Of a DNA stretch of 64,000 bases, positions 33,756-47,401 are shown in pieces. The translations under genes and the position numbers were made by a program. The notes below the pieces were generated by a model. The model had not been told where the DNA came from, ran no database searches, and was given only the letters and a program-made list of their open reading frames with translations. The stretch is from Anthoceros angustus. Its lineage: Eukaryota > Plantae > Anthocerotophyta. The stretch spans positions 496,001 to 560,000 of the forward strand of contig VJWM01000126.1 in the NCBI GenBank assembly GCA_010909165.1, written 5' to 3'. The first letter of the stretch is position 1; each line of letters starts with the position of its first letter.

Positions 33756-36260
33756 TTATGCAGAAGCATTAGTCTTCTGCACAGACCGAGGAAGCATATG
33801 GTTTAGCATAAAGTCATCATCTTCAACAATGTTGTGATAGATTGCCTCCATCACCTTAGCATCTGACTCTTCAATTCCATACTCTGCAGCAATCAAGTCG
33901 TTCCACATAGTTAAAGCCTTCATCTTCTTCCCATTTGACTGCTTCTATTGAACCATCCAAGGGGCAGGGTGTCCACTCTCCTTCCAATATGCATTCAACT
34001 TCTTCAGCCATGAACCAGGTTTGGATGCCACAGTAGCAATCTCCTGAGCTGTGGGGCTCTTACCAAACCTACCTTCATACCGGGCCACAAAGGCCTTTTG
34101 AACTCCATTGCCAAAATGAGCGAAAGGTTGTTGTAGCCACCTTCTGTTGGGATGGGGCCACTATCCCATCCCTCTTGTCACGTTCTCCTTCAAGAAAATT
34201 TGCCAGTGCTTCTCCTTCACAGATTTGGGCCTCACCTTCTTGACTCCATCCAAAAAGTTCCTACCTTCTCTCTGCACATTGTTCCTCCAAAACTTTATGT
34301 TACTGGAGAAAAACTGCATCGCAATGGCATCCATAGTCCAAGGACCAGATATCAATCTGCGAATGTTAGATTCCACAAGGAGTCTCGTACCCTGTCTCAT
34401 CCCAAAGCTTTGTACCAATGGATTGCAAAAATCTCATGCTCCGCTTTGGTCTCTCATGTGCACCCGGGGTGGTGTCACGCTTGATGAATCCTCTGACCGC
34501 AAAAGCAATACGGCCATAGTTAGAATCTAACAATGAAACACTAACCACTCAAAGCTTGAACATCAAGCTCTGAATATTCAGGCTTGAACTTCAAGCTCTG
34601 AATATTCAGGCTTGAATATCAGGCCTGAATATTTAGAGCTTGAACAACATGCCTGAATATTCAGGCTTGAACATGCGATCTAAACAACAGGCCTGATGAC
34701 ACACTCCTATGGTACACTAGGAACTACCCATAGGAAAACAAGATGGTGGCACTCGAATCTCCTAGTGGAAAAAGAGAACAGAAATTAAATCAACTTACTT
34801 GACACAGGACATATATCCTCTTCGGGAATATCATACTCCACATCAAAATTTCTTCGACACTTCACAGGATGAAGGACAAGTTTATCGACATCTTTGCACG
34901 TAAGCCCTCACATATACGCACACTTTAACCCTCTTGCTCACGGTCTTCTTCAATACTTGAGAATGGGGTCCTCGACCTCTTGGAAGGAGTGGAGCTTCCT
35001 TAGGCCCTTCATGAATCTCCCTGTCACAAGGGGAATCATCGCCATTGGCTTGACTATCACGCACTTCATACACCTCATCATAAGGCGTGACATTCAAATT
35101 TGGATGGACACAAGGGTTGTCAGGCATTGTACACAAGGCATAGACCCCAGAGGCACAAAATCAACCGCAGGCATGGTGGACAAGACGGGAATTGTGGAAT
35201 TCCCCACTGCAGGATCTAGTGGGAGGTCTCGGTGGACATTATTTGCAGTGCTGCTAAATAATGTTTACTGAGGTATCCGCACCCTGCATCCCCAATCTCC
35301 ATTAGCCCTAGGCGGGGCATATGATGCCATCTTTGGTGTGGATATCTTGCCATGAAGAGGATACAGCCATCTCAATGACCCACTCGGCACTTCCTTCAAT
35401 TTTCACCCCTAGATGCGTGTGAGGCTTCAATTTTGATCGGCACCTGGCGCATCTAGTCGTGGTACGGACACCTCCAGTCTTCTCTAGATGTTGGCAGCAG
35501 CGATGCAAGGGCTCACGCCTACATCTCGCTTGCCTCATCACGGCCCGCATCTCGCCAGGGACAGCAGATGCCGTGAAAATCGACATGTGGGGCACAGCCT
35601 TCCCATGCAAACGTGCAGCAGGTACAGTGCCGCCATCCCCATGCTGCCCGTGCGGCAGGCGCAATCCCATCCCGCGGCTGAGGTGCAGTGCCATCTCCAC
35701 CTACCGCACTGCGGCCCTCCTGAACACTGTGCCTACGGCGGGCGCCATCCCCATCCCCACGCGTTGCAGGTGCAGCGACACCATCTCTTTTGCCTGGCCC
35801 TTTGCCCCTACCTCTACACCAAGATTCCCTTGCCCCTTTCCTGCCACGTCCGTGGTCCTCCTCCTCTACCACCCTGGACGGTCTGAATGATTTCAAGAAG
35901 ATACATAGGGAGACTTCCCACACTTGCCTCCTCATCCTCGCACAATTCTGCTAGTGCATTCGACGACATATTGGCTCTCGATTCTACATCGGATAGCTCT
36001 TTCTCGAGAATGTGAGTTGCCTCGAATCCTTTTGGATTTGAGCTTGATCCATTTCTCCCTCAAGGACTGCACCACCCAACATTGTTTTGCAGCCAACAAG
36101 TTCACCCGCTATTCACACCTGTGAATCCTCAAGCCCCATACCAATCGGTAGCGTCGACAACAGCATCTCCACATGTGAGGGCTGTTGTTGCCAAGCGTCT
36201 AATGTCTGTATCTGTCTCCGCTTGAAAGATCGGCTTCTTGTGTTTGGGCATACGGGTCAA
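33756..36260 (-). pseudogene. TnpA/Transposase_24-like gene, unit III (keeps C-terminus EESDAKVMEAIYHNIVEDDDFML..NASA*)
   Basis: Continues past the point where the other units are deleted; stop at 33756-33758. Confidence 0.6.
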
Positions 36261-36464
36261 AGGGTTTTGAGTAGCGGGGTGTCTAAACACAAAATCAAGA
36301 TATACAGCCATGCCTGAGAAGCAAGCAAGAAGCAAACAGACAAAGGTGGAGTATTGTGTTGTAGTTCGCCCGTACTGCGGACCTAGTCTCGCATCAGAGA
36401 AGTCGCCACTATCCATGCTGTAAATCCCGGATCAGATGCACCCTTTACGATGAAGTGGCTGCTA

Positions 36465-38594
36465 ACAGTGTTTCTCAGCATAGGGTTTGTCTCCAAACCC
36501 CATTTTGGCCCCAACCATCCATAAATGCACATGTCTCATTCCACTGTTTTCAGTGATTTGCGAACCCACAGCCCATGCATCCGAGCCCAAGGAAGACCTA
36601 ATGTGCCCACCGTCCGCACAAATGACGGACACACTTTTGTATCAAGTGGCCGGATGATTGGCGCACTTATGCTCCAAAGAGCTGGAGTGCACCGAACGTC
36701 CGGCGCACTTATACTCCAAAGAGGTGCAATACACCGGGTTTGGAGAGGGTTGCGTCAATACTTGTGTAGGCAAGCACTTTCGTTCAAGTTGCTTGTGCAC
36801 ACTTGCCACCGCACCAACACTCACATCAATTCTCTTTTCAAACCCGTGATTGAGCAATCCCGGGGCATACCCTCGACTGGCCCCTCCGTGTCGGAGATAA
36901 GCCGCACTTAGATCCGGCAGATTGCCTGGGCAGAATTGACAAGGTAAAGGATGGTGAGGCCTCCTCAACCGCTCTTGATCAAACTCTTCATAGCTTACAT
37001 TTCTTCTTGTCAAGTCCGTCGCTTTCAACCTTAATCTATCCATGGGTGGCACATGGAGCAAGTCGATCTTAAATTCAAAATCTCTGGCGAAGCTTGGCTA
37101 TAGTTCGTCTGAACACCTAGCGCCACACGTAGTGGGCGCCATGGTATAGACAGTCCTCCTTCGAGCCTCACCAAATACTCACCATTTGGTCAAAACCCCA
37201 TTTCGGCGACTAGCCCTCTTTCTTCACACGGCTCTCACTAGGGCTCGCGGTGGCGAGATGCTCTCTTATGCTTGTGTTCGATCGCATCCGATGTGCTTTC
37301 ATTACTCAAGGAAAAATCATCTATTCTATTTATTTTCTTGCTTCTCCGCAAAACATTGTGAAACATTGTCGCCTTCAAAAGGTTGGCCATTAGAAACCAC
37401 CATCATACATGTCGAATTTTGGAAAATGTAGCTCATCTAGAAACCAAGGCCTATGCATCTATCGTGCATCAAACTCGAATGAGCCGGACATTTGGCGCAC
37501 CAATCAAAGAGATCCAGCAAGTCATCGGAAGGGCACATAGAGTAAGGCCAAAAGGTTTTACATGTTGTATACAAAGCGAATGTGGGAATATAACATCAAC
37601 CAACAAATGATTTTCAAAAATAATATTCATGACTTTACGCCTAGATGGGATGATTTACAAATTTTTCAAACCACTAAAATCAACACTCCATCCTAGTATT
37701 GATCGCCTCTAGGTTGCTTAAGAGTGGAGTTGTTACAAAGTTTTCAAAGCGCCAAAACAAGCAAGCCATCCTAGCACTAATCGACCCAAGAGTGCATAAC
37801 CGGAAGTTCTAAAGCACCAAAGTCAAGCACCCCATCCATCTTCCGACGTGCTTAACTGGAGTTCTTACACCATTGAGTCTATCTGCACCTATCCAGTGTT
37901 CAATAAATATAGAGATCAAAAGATATATACAGGACGTCACATCCACTCCACCATTTCCATCTCTGGGCCCACAAGATTGGGGTCTCATCGAAAACGCGCG
38001 GACGTCCGGCGCATGAACTCGCGCCAATGTGCGCGTCCATTGTTCCAATTCCTTCTATGTTTTCACTCTAACAATGGAGATCCGGGGTTGTGTACTCACG
38101 AGTGCACGGGGCGTCAGCTACTTTTAGAGTCGTAGTTTGGTCCTCTCGAGATGGCCATGATCAAGCTATCGGTTAATGTTCTCTCACAATTCGCGGCGGA
38201 CGTCCGTGCGATTTGCTCTTTCGACGGTGCTACTTTTGCGTGTTGGTTGCGCGGACGTCCGGCGGTTTTAACTTTCTGGACTAATTTTGTTTGGTTTGCC
38301 TCTGTTCACCTGCTAGGAAGTACTATCGCTGCGAAAGAGGTGTTTAGGATTCCTAGCACCTGTTAAAAATCCTTGAAATCCCTTCCTTGTGAAGGTGAAA
38401 TCCGCGAACCTTCTTCGGCTTCAACCCTATTAGCATAAGTATTCACGAGAAAATAACATGGTCAATGTCTTTCAGTACATGTCTAAAGAGTGGTTTTGCT
38501 AAAGATGATGCATTTTGGCCCGTTTTAGGTCATTTTTGGTCTTTGGGACCCAAACCTTTAATGGAGAATAACCCCTATCTTTGAGAGCTGTTTA
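36465..38594. mobile_element. ~2.1-kb TIR element private to unit III, superfamily unclear
   Basis: Absent from units I and II (empty site ..CTATGAACC). About 50-bp imperfect TIRs: ACAG..TCTCA..ATAGGG..TCTCCA..TTTGG.CCCAA. TA at both flanks. Internal minus-strand ORF remnant (~36642-37320) not recognised. Confidence 0.7.
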
Positions 38595-40079
38595 TATAAA
38601 CCCAAGGCAAAGACATGTCGTTGAGGAAGGCAGTAATCTACTACAGCCACAGCGGGAATGCAACCGAGGTACTAGACCACACTCAAAGCTTTGGCGGGAA
38701 AAGGCAGTTCGGAGCGTTAGGTTTTAGTATCGGTTTTGTACAATGGTGGCGATTGGAGAACTCTCGTGAAAAAAATGGTTGCTATATACGGTACAAAGTA
38801 TGCGAAGCATTCATCTCTTACAAGTTTGTACAATGGTGGCGGTTGGAGAACTCGTGAAAAAATGGTTGCTAGCATATACGGTACAAAGTATGCGAAGCAT
38901 TGATCTCTTGCAAGTTTGTACAATGGTGGCGATTGGAGAACTCTCGTGAAAAATGGTTGCTAGCATACTACGGTACACGATGTCACGAAGCATTGATCTG
39001 CTTGCAGAATGCCAACAGCAACGCAATTTTGTTTCTCCGTCTCGGCAAATCTTGAAGGCACGGAAAACCGGCTTCTGGCAACGCAGGACACTTATTATAC
39101 AGTCTAATGATGAAACTATTGCTCGGAAACTTACAAGTCTTCCTTGCCAAGTTCTTGCAGCACTGTTGTTTCCATCGATCACGGAGAGCGATAAACACTG
39201 AATGTGACTAACATTAATCTTGACCAAGGTAGATTGCGAAATCCTAAAAAAGTGCAGCACATCACCATCAATGGTGCGGTTTTATTTGGTCTACTTGTGA
39301 CTCATTTACTTTAGCCAACGCTCCAAGAACACAAAGTCCAAGTCTGCAAGGCATAATTCCAGCAAACGGCATAGCTTTGATAAAATTGCGGAAGAATGGA
39401 GTGCAAGTCATTCGATTAAGATCCTCCACACTCTAGACATAGGAATCACCACGCCTCCTGGTGAGAGCTCCAAGTTCGAGAGGAATCACCACGCCTCCTG
39501 GTGAGAGCTCCAAGTTCGAGAGGAATCACCACGCCTCCTTGTGAGAGCTCCAAGTTTAGTCGCGCGGAGGCGTGTACGAATAGATTATTATTCCTAATCT
39601 AGTAGGTTTTCATATAGAGATGCATATAGTGTAGTGGACAAGGTCAAACACTTGGTCTCGAGTTCGAATCTGATCTCGCGCGCACGTCGAGGCGTGTACT
39701 AATAGATTGTTTCTCCTAATCAAATAGGGTTTCGTATGTAGTGGTGGGCACGGGGTCATCTCTGAGAGACATGTAAGTGTAGAATATTATTTCCAATTAA
39801 ACACATTTCCGTAGGGATGGTATTAGTCTGGTGGATAAGATCATGCACCGCAAATAAGCGTATGAGGGTGCAAATAAGCGCATGAGGGTTCGAGTTCTTT
39901 GCCGTACAGTCCATATGCTATGTTATGGCTCGAAACCCTATGTATGTACTTGGGTACCAATGTATGCTACTTGGGTATCTCCAATAGTACAGTATTACTT
40001 TTAATTTTATGAATTATTGTATAGAGATAAAAACATTTATAAATTATTGTATAGAGATGAAATTAGTGTTGTGGTTGGT

Positions 40080-40597
40080 GTTATGTCCTATGTATACGCG
40101 ATTGTTTTTCAAGGGGGTCTAGACCCCTTTCGAACCTCAAGTGTTGGGCTAGTTGTTTTGTTGGCTATGGAGAAGCCCACCGGGTCCGCCCTATTGGAGT
40201 GAGAGAGGCTTTTTTGCGGCTTGTTGGTGGCATTGCCATCTTGCCTCGGGAGCAATTCCAGGGGCACTTTAGTCCACACTAGTTCGGCATCGCCGCTCCT
40301 GGGGGGGTGTGAGTCTGTAGCTTTTGGAGTGGGGGCGATTATGGAGTCTCATCCTAATTGGCTCGCACTGCAGGTGGACGTCGAGAATGCTTTTAACACG
40401 GTCTCCGGGGTGGCCATTTTTGACGAGTTCAAGGACGTAGGTGGACATGTACAGCTTGTCAGTCTTGTCCCTTTGGTTCGCTCCTTCTACGAGTCTCCTT
40501 CCAATCTCTACTATCAGCATGGGCCCGCGGTCGAGGGGGTTTCGGTGTTTGCCTTAGTAGCTGGCACAAGGCAGGGGGATCCATTGGGATTGTTTTG
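40080..40597 (+). mobile_element. CRE-like RT N-terminal fragment, unit III
   Basis: ORF 40221-40601 ..GGCESVAFGV..HPNWLALQVDVENAFN..GTRQGDPLG. Confidence 0.85.
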
Positions 40598-40651
40598 TTG
40601 ATGTTGTTTGCACGATTTGGAGTTTCTCTGACGCTTTTCTAGTTCCTGTAG

Positions 40652-43600
40652 ATGGCTCTTAAAAGAAAACCCATCGGGCGTCTTGGACGGGCAAGAAACA
40701 AGGTTCTATGGCTGAAGTCACGGCTAAGTCCATTACACATGATAACGTATCAAAACAATTCTTCACACTACAACCCGGGATGATGGTAAAGTTGATGGTG
40801 TCCTTGTGCAGTGAGGGAACTTATTTGGTGCGTAAGAAGGCCCAAACCGCCAAGGCACTTCTCATCCAAGAAGGATGCGGTGAATTGTTCGAGAAGAAGG
40901 GTGGACACCCGACACATGCCATTGGTGGAGGGCCACTTTGATTACTCATGTTCTTGGGGACTGAGAGGGGTTTGAGTATGTTGGTGAGAATGACCATTTG
41001 ATAACTGACGATTCCAGGGTTCTTAGCACTGCGAGAGTTTGTCTGCAGTCCAGAAATGTATGTAGTGCTGTACAACAAGATGCCTTATAGGCTGGTCTTC
41101 CATGCTTGGTTCGCGACCCTACGGTGATACGATCGTGAATGTCTTGATTTGTTTGAGAGATTGAGTCACGGGTCTTGAGGATGATTTTGCTATGGGCATG
41201 GAGGAAATTGATGACGAGGCTAACTTCAGAGAACAAGGGTTTGACCTCTCTGTCCCCGAGGGTGCTGTTAATGATGCTTTGAGTGGTGGTGAGGACAAGT
41301 CCAAGCCAAAGTACTTGGTGCCAGAGTCGTCTTAAGGCTTTCATGAAAGTCAGTGGTGTTTGGGGTTAGGATAGCGCAATGAGGACATCCCTTATAAGGA
41401 CTTAAACCTTATATTGATACCCTTTTTCCACCAAGTTTGGGGCTTGAAAGACAACTCTATATTCTCTCAAACATAAGCTCTGCCCTTCTTTTGTTTCGCT
41501 CTCATGTAAATTGTTGATTTTGACCTTTTGTGTGATGTCCTTCTTTCGAGGATTCAATCGAATCTTAGAGAAAGTGTATTCGAACCGAATGGCTTGGATC
41601 CGACATACCTATGATAAACATGTTTCACGGAATATTCCATGGGGCTTAGGCATGTTGGTGGATCATGTGAAGGACCTTAGAACTGCTTCATGTTGAAAGG
41701 AGGTTGTCGATATCGATGATGAGCGGCGCATACTATCCCATAGAGACCATCAATGTTCTTTTGGGTGTAGTGCCCCAAAATGGTACTTCTCTTGTCGCTG
41801 TTTCTTGGGTTGATTTTTGTTGCCTTGCTGTTGCAACGTTTTGCCTTGCCTTGGTATCTAACGTTCCAGAATTGTCTCGGTTTGCGTATTTCTGCATGAA
41901 TCGATTTGGAGTTCGTGGCGAAGAGGAGTTACATAACCTTTTAATTAGGGACTTGTCATTTTCATCACATTCAGGTGACAATTTATGCTATGTTTATTAC
42001 GTTGTGTTTCATGATTTTGTTGTGATGTAATCTTGTATAGTGTTGACGCTTTTTTTTTATCACAGATGAAGTATGGAAATTACAAAGTTGATGGTGTCCT
42101 TGTGCAGTGAGGGAACTTATTTGGTGCCTAAGGCCACTCCCAAACCGCCAAGGCACTTCTCATCCAAGAAGGATGCGGCACCGAATTTGTTGAGAAGAAG
42201 GGTGGACACCGACTGCCATTGGTGGAGGGCCGCGGGAGATTACTAAGCGTGTTCTTGGAGAGAGAGGGGTTTGAGTATGTTGGTGAGAATGACCATTTGA
42301 TAACCGACGATTCTGTGGTTCTTAACTGCGAGAGTTTGTCTGATCCGAAATGTATGTAGTGTCAGCATACAACAAGATGCCTTATAGGCTGGTGGCTTTT
42401 CCATGTCGACCTCTCGTGATACGATCGAATGTCTTGATTTGTTTGAGAGATTGAGGAGTGCGGGTCTTGAGGATGATTTTGCTATGGGCATGGAGGAAAT
42501 TGATGACGAGGCTAACTTGAGAACAAGGGTTTGACCTCTGCCCCGAGGGTGTTAATGATGCTTTGAGTGGTGGTGAGGACAAGTCCAAGCCAAAGTAATT
42601 GGTGCAGTCGTCTTAAGGCTTTCATGAAAGTCAGTGGTGTTTGGGGTTAGGATAGCGCAATAGAGGACATCCCTTATAAGGACTTAAACCTTATATTGAT
42701 ACCCTTTTTCCACCAAGTTTGGGGCTTGAAAGACAACTCTATATTCTCTCCGGAAACATAAGCTCTGTACCCTTCTTTTTGTTTCGTCTCTCATGTAAAT
42801 TGTTGATTTTGACCTTTTGTGCAGGTGATGTCCTTCTTTCGAGGATTCAATCGAATCTTAGAGAGAAAGTGTATTCTGAACCAGAGCCGGCTTGGATCTG
42901 ACATACCTATGATAAACATGTTTCACGGAATATTCCATGGGGCTTAGGCCGCGCTGGTCGCGTTGATGAAAATCAGCAAGGACCTTAGAACTGTTTCATG
43001 TCGAAAGGAGGTTAAGCTGATATCTGATGATGATGAGCGGCGCATACTATCCCATAGAGACCATCAATGTTCTTTTGGGTGTAGTGCCCCAAAATGGTAC
43101 TTCTCTTGTCGCTGTTTCTTGGGTTGATTTTTGTTGCCTTGCTGTTGCAACGTTTTGCCTTGCCTTGGTATCTAACGTTCCAATTGTCTCTCTTTTGATT
43201 TCGCATGAATCGATTTGGAGTTCGTGGCGAAGAGGAGTTACATAACCTTTTAATTAGGGACTTGTCATTTTCATCACATTCGGGCGGACAATTTGTACAG
43301 TATGTTTATTACGTTGTGTTTCATGATTTTTGTTGTGATGTAATCTTGTATAGTGTTGACGCTCGTTTTTTGTCACAGATATGAAGAACGTATGTCGAAA
43401 AATTACAAAGTTGATATGCGCAATTACCAAAGTGAGCATTTCTGGCCAAAAGTTAAAAAATATGAGAAAGACTTTATTGAAACTTTCAAAGCCGTGATTG
43501 ATCAGTCTCCGAAGTGGACTGCAAATGATAAGAATCTCTCTATTCAAGGGTTTCTCTTCAACTCTACCATTGATAATCCAAGATCTAATGTAAGTTTGCG

Positions 43601-46546
43601 TTGATTAGGGCTCGATCTTTTTTGCCTTTTAATGTACTAACTGTAAGTTTTCTTTAACTAGTCTTGGTATGCAAAACTCGGTTTCAAGGAATGCTCTCTC
43701 AATTTATGCAGACTATAGCAGAAGCAACTGGTCTTGATGGGTATTTCACCAACAAGAGCTGTCGTGTAACAATGATTACACGTCTGACCATGGCTTAGGT
43801 GCGCTTTGACGCTGGCAGAAGTGTCACTGGCCACAAGGTGATTTGTGGTAGCCGCGATGTTTGACTTGTTGATGCCATTTTCTTACTTTCTTATCCTAAC
43901 AATTTGAGGACTTGCAGATATGACCGTTCGGGGCAAGCAAAACAGGCAGCTGCAGCCAGGGTTCTAGTTCCTAGTGAACGAAGATCTTCCAAGGAGTTGC
44001 TCAATGAAGAACTTACTCGGATGCGGGATGATGATCTGCGGGGTGCTTCAAATCAATCACGAATGTGACTCGATAGTATTTGCCGATTAGCGGAAGATGT
44101 AAGTGTATTCATGCATGAGGAAAATCTATTTGTTCTTTGAAAATGTTTTGATATTGTGAGTTATGTACACTGCGGTCAATGTCCCTTACAAGTGCAACGC
44201 ATTGAGAATGTTAGCAATAATAAGTTTGTGGTGTTTTCCAAAATCGTGTCTTCATTACGTAATGTGTTCTCGACTCCCATTTTAATTGTCGGTCTTCATT
44301 GCTACCCCGATATCCATCATGAAAGTAGACATGATTCAACGTCGAGTGAACCAAATTTTCCTCCACGCGGGACTTGTCATTTCATACATTCTCAATTTAT
44401 GCTATATTTTATTACGTTGTGTTTCATGATTTTGTTGTGATGTAATCTTGTATAGTGTTGCTTTTTGTCACGATGATATGAAGAACGATGTAAAATTACA
44501 AAGTTGATATGCAATTACCAAAGTGAGCATTTCCGCCAAAAGTTAAAAATATGAGAAAGACTTTATTGAAACTTTCAAAGCCGTGATTGATCAGTCTCCG
44601 AAGTGGACTGCAAATGATAAGAATCTCTCTATTCAAGGGTTTCTCTTCAACTCTACCATTGATAATCCAAGATCTAATGTAAGTTTGCGTTGATTAGGGC
44701 TCTGATCTTTTTTGCCTTTTAATGTACTAACTGTAAGTTTTCTTTAACTAGTCTTGGTATGCAAAACTCCGGGTTTCTGAAGGAATGCTCTCAAGATTTA
44801 TGCAGACTATAGCAGAAGCAACTGGTCTTGATGGGTATTTCACCAACAAGAGCTGTCGTGTAACAATGATTACACGTCGACCATCTTAGGGCTTTGAGCT
44901 GGCGGGTGTCACGCCACAAGGTGATTTGTGGTAGCCATGTTTTGACTTGTTGATGCCATTTTCTTACTTTCTTATCCTAACAATTTGAGGACTTGCGATA
45001 TGACCGTCGGGCAAGCAAAGCAGTTGCGGCGGGTTCTAGTTCTAGTGAGCGAAGATCTTCCAAGGAGTTGCTCAATGAAGAACTTACTCGGATGCGGGAT
45101 GATCGGGGTGTGCTTCCTCCATCACGAATGTGACTCGAGTAGTATTTGCCGATTAAGCGGAAGATGTAAGTGTATTCATGCATGAGGAAAATCTATTTGT
45201 TCTTTGAAAATGTTTTGATATTGTGAGTTATGTACAGACTGCGGTCAATGTCCCTTACAAGTGCAACGCATTGAGAATGGTAGCAATAATAAGTTTGTGG
45301 ACTGTTTTTCCAGAATCGTGTCTTCATTCTGTAATGTGTTCTCTGACTCCCATTTTAATTGTCAGGTCTTGCTGGCTGTTGCTACCCCTGATATCCATCA
45401 TGAAAGTAGACCACAGTTCAACGTCAGCAGTGAACCAAATTTTCCTCCACGCGGGACTTGGCGTCCTGAAGATCAGGTTATTAATGCAAGTTCGTATGTT
45501 ACGGTCGGGTCCTTTTGGATGATCTGTTTTAACCCTATTTTGTGGCTCTTATTGATAGGTGAAGGACTTTGGAGCCATGGATGTTGATAAAGTGCTTGAA
45601 AGCAATGCTCAGGATCTGCAGATCAACAATAGCAGACCATCCACAGGGTCTTTCATTCAAATTCAATATGTTGACAAGGTTAGGTGTTTGCACATTGTTC
45701 TCCGTCCTTCCTATTCCATTTGGAGTTGGTCCGATTACGGCTTGGCGATTTCAAACCCATCCACTAAAGATGCAATTCCAGCCACCAGTTTGAGCAGCCT
45801 TACAGTTCCACATTTCAACATTGATGAAGCTCTGATCCCTGTTGTAGATGCAGTGGCCCCTCAGTTGGAGGCTATTGTGCCAAGTGATTGCGACGAGACA
45901 TCAGAAGTGCAACAGGACAGAATTGTGGCTATATCGCCTTTATATCTAGATATCGTAGTGCAGCGTGGGACTGAGAATGGAAATTCAAGCAAGTTTGAGC
46001 GTCTTCTTTGAGATCTCCGAGGCAGGAGTTGGAGTTTGATGGAGAAATAGGAAAGGGGTTTCAACGGCAAAAGATTTAGAGGTATTGATTGAGCGGCGTG
46101 CAAAGCTGTTGAACTTTGAGTGTCCAAGCAAGAGAAAGCTCGAGATCCAGAGGCGAAAAAATGTGGGAAGGAGACAAGAACACTTCAAACATCAAGAAAA
46201 ACTCAAACAGCACCAGAAAGAGCAATAGGACATGCGAAGACTGCAGTGGGAAAGGCAATAGAATCAAAAGATTGATAATGGGGCTCGAGGGGTCTCCGCT
46301 GCTACCCACGAAAAACCGTCGGGATCGATAAGTGATCTTATCTTCCCTTTATTACTTTCAGGAGTGAAAACTAATGTTTGTGTTTGATTATGTTGTTGCC
46401 TTACGGAAGATGAAGAATTTCTTGAAGCCCTCACTTCATCAACTTCGTACTATGATAATGTTGGACAAGTTGTGCCGATCAAAACAAGTGGTCGTGAAAA
46501 TTATATTTTCAATTTCTACAATTATACGATCAATTTTCCAAAATAA
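40652..46546 (+). mobile_element. Crypton/DUF3504-type tyrosine recombinase gene with introns, unit III (catalytic exons present, internally duplicated)
   Basis: Spliced consensus: NRFGVRGEEELHNL (R, 43223) | QYEERMSKNY (K, 43398) | WYAKLRVSEGMLSRFMQTIAEATGLDGYFTNKSCRVTMITRL (R, 43763) | VTGHKVICG/LARYDRS (H, 43832; intron 43848-43908; Y). Last exon NYIFNFYN(C/Y)TINFPK*. One in-frame TAG at 43796 plus indels. Confidence 0.8.
40788..45460. repeat. Two successive local duplications in the recombinase gene (40788-42092/42084-43415 and 43257-44376/44369-45460)
   Basis: Junction microhomologies AAAGTTGAT at 42084-42092 and GGGACTTG at 44369-44376. Confidence 0.88.
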
Positions 46547-47203
46547 GGTAAATATCTTTGCTTAAGTATATGTGCCTCTATTACGAATACGTTCGATGTC
46601 CCTAGTTATATGCTTAATTTACATTGTTTATGTAGGTTTGATTCCAATAATGGGGATCAATCTATTATGGTATTTACTCTATATTTTTAATTTTTATTTC
46701 ATACCATTCTAGATATATAGGTAACTTTGCAAAGAATAAATTTATTTGTCGGTTTCTTGTAAATCCTGGATCCGCATGAATATTACTTAATGGAATATGT
46801 TTCTGTAAATTAGCGATTTTGGTCGGATTTCTAGTCAATGATCTTCTATTTAGATTTACCTAATATTCACCTGGTTACCCATTTTTCAACTCTGCTGTCC
46901 TGATTTCAACATTGATGGTGAAATATTTTCACCTATCAGTGCATATTTTCTATTCTATTGTAATAAATTTGATCCTACTCAGCAAAATAATGATCTTCAA
47001 TTTACCTCCTCCACCCTGGAAGAAAATCGAGCGAGCGCGTCGAGGCCCCATACGAGGCAGCGACTTTACATACTGAAAGCAGAGTGTTTCCGCTCCACAA
47101 ACGGTTACGCTTTCCGCACCTCACGCTCCTTCCTGCAATATTAAATCCTCACGATCCCATCCAACTTTCAACATCCGATTTGAGTTTAATTTGGGGTCCC
47201 CAG

Positions 47204-47401
47204 TGGGGTGCGCCAGGCAATGGAAGTAGTGCAAGCCCAAAGCGACGCTCGAGAAGCCGTGGAAGCAAGCTACCACATAAAGCTCCTCGCCCCGAAAGAA
47301 ATTAGATTCATATCATGTGGGTCGATGACCCACATATCAGATATTAAACTGATAAGAACAGATACTACACTTGATCTTAGCCAAAAGGCCGAGAAAGGTG
47401 T
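47204..47401 (-). ncRNA. U2: U2 snRNA, type B
   Basis: Type-B substitutions; 5' end reads ACACC instead of ATACC. Confidence 0.93.

Noticed and set aside
43796-43798. Calling the unit III recombinase definitely dead because of the in-frame TAG and indels
   Set aside because: The duplicate copy differs at this spot and indel noise is high, so lesions may be consensus errors; status left open.
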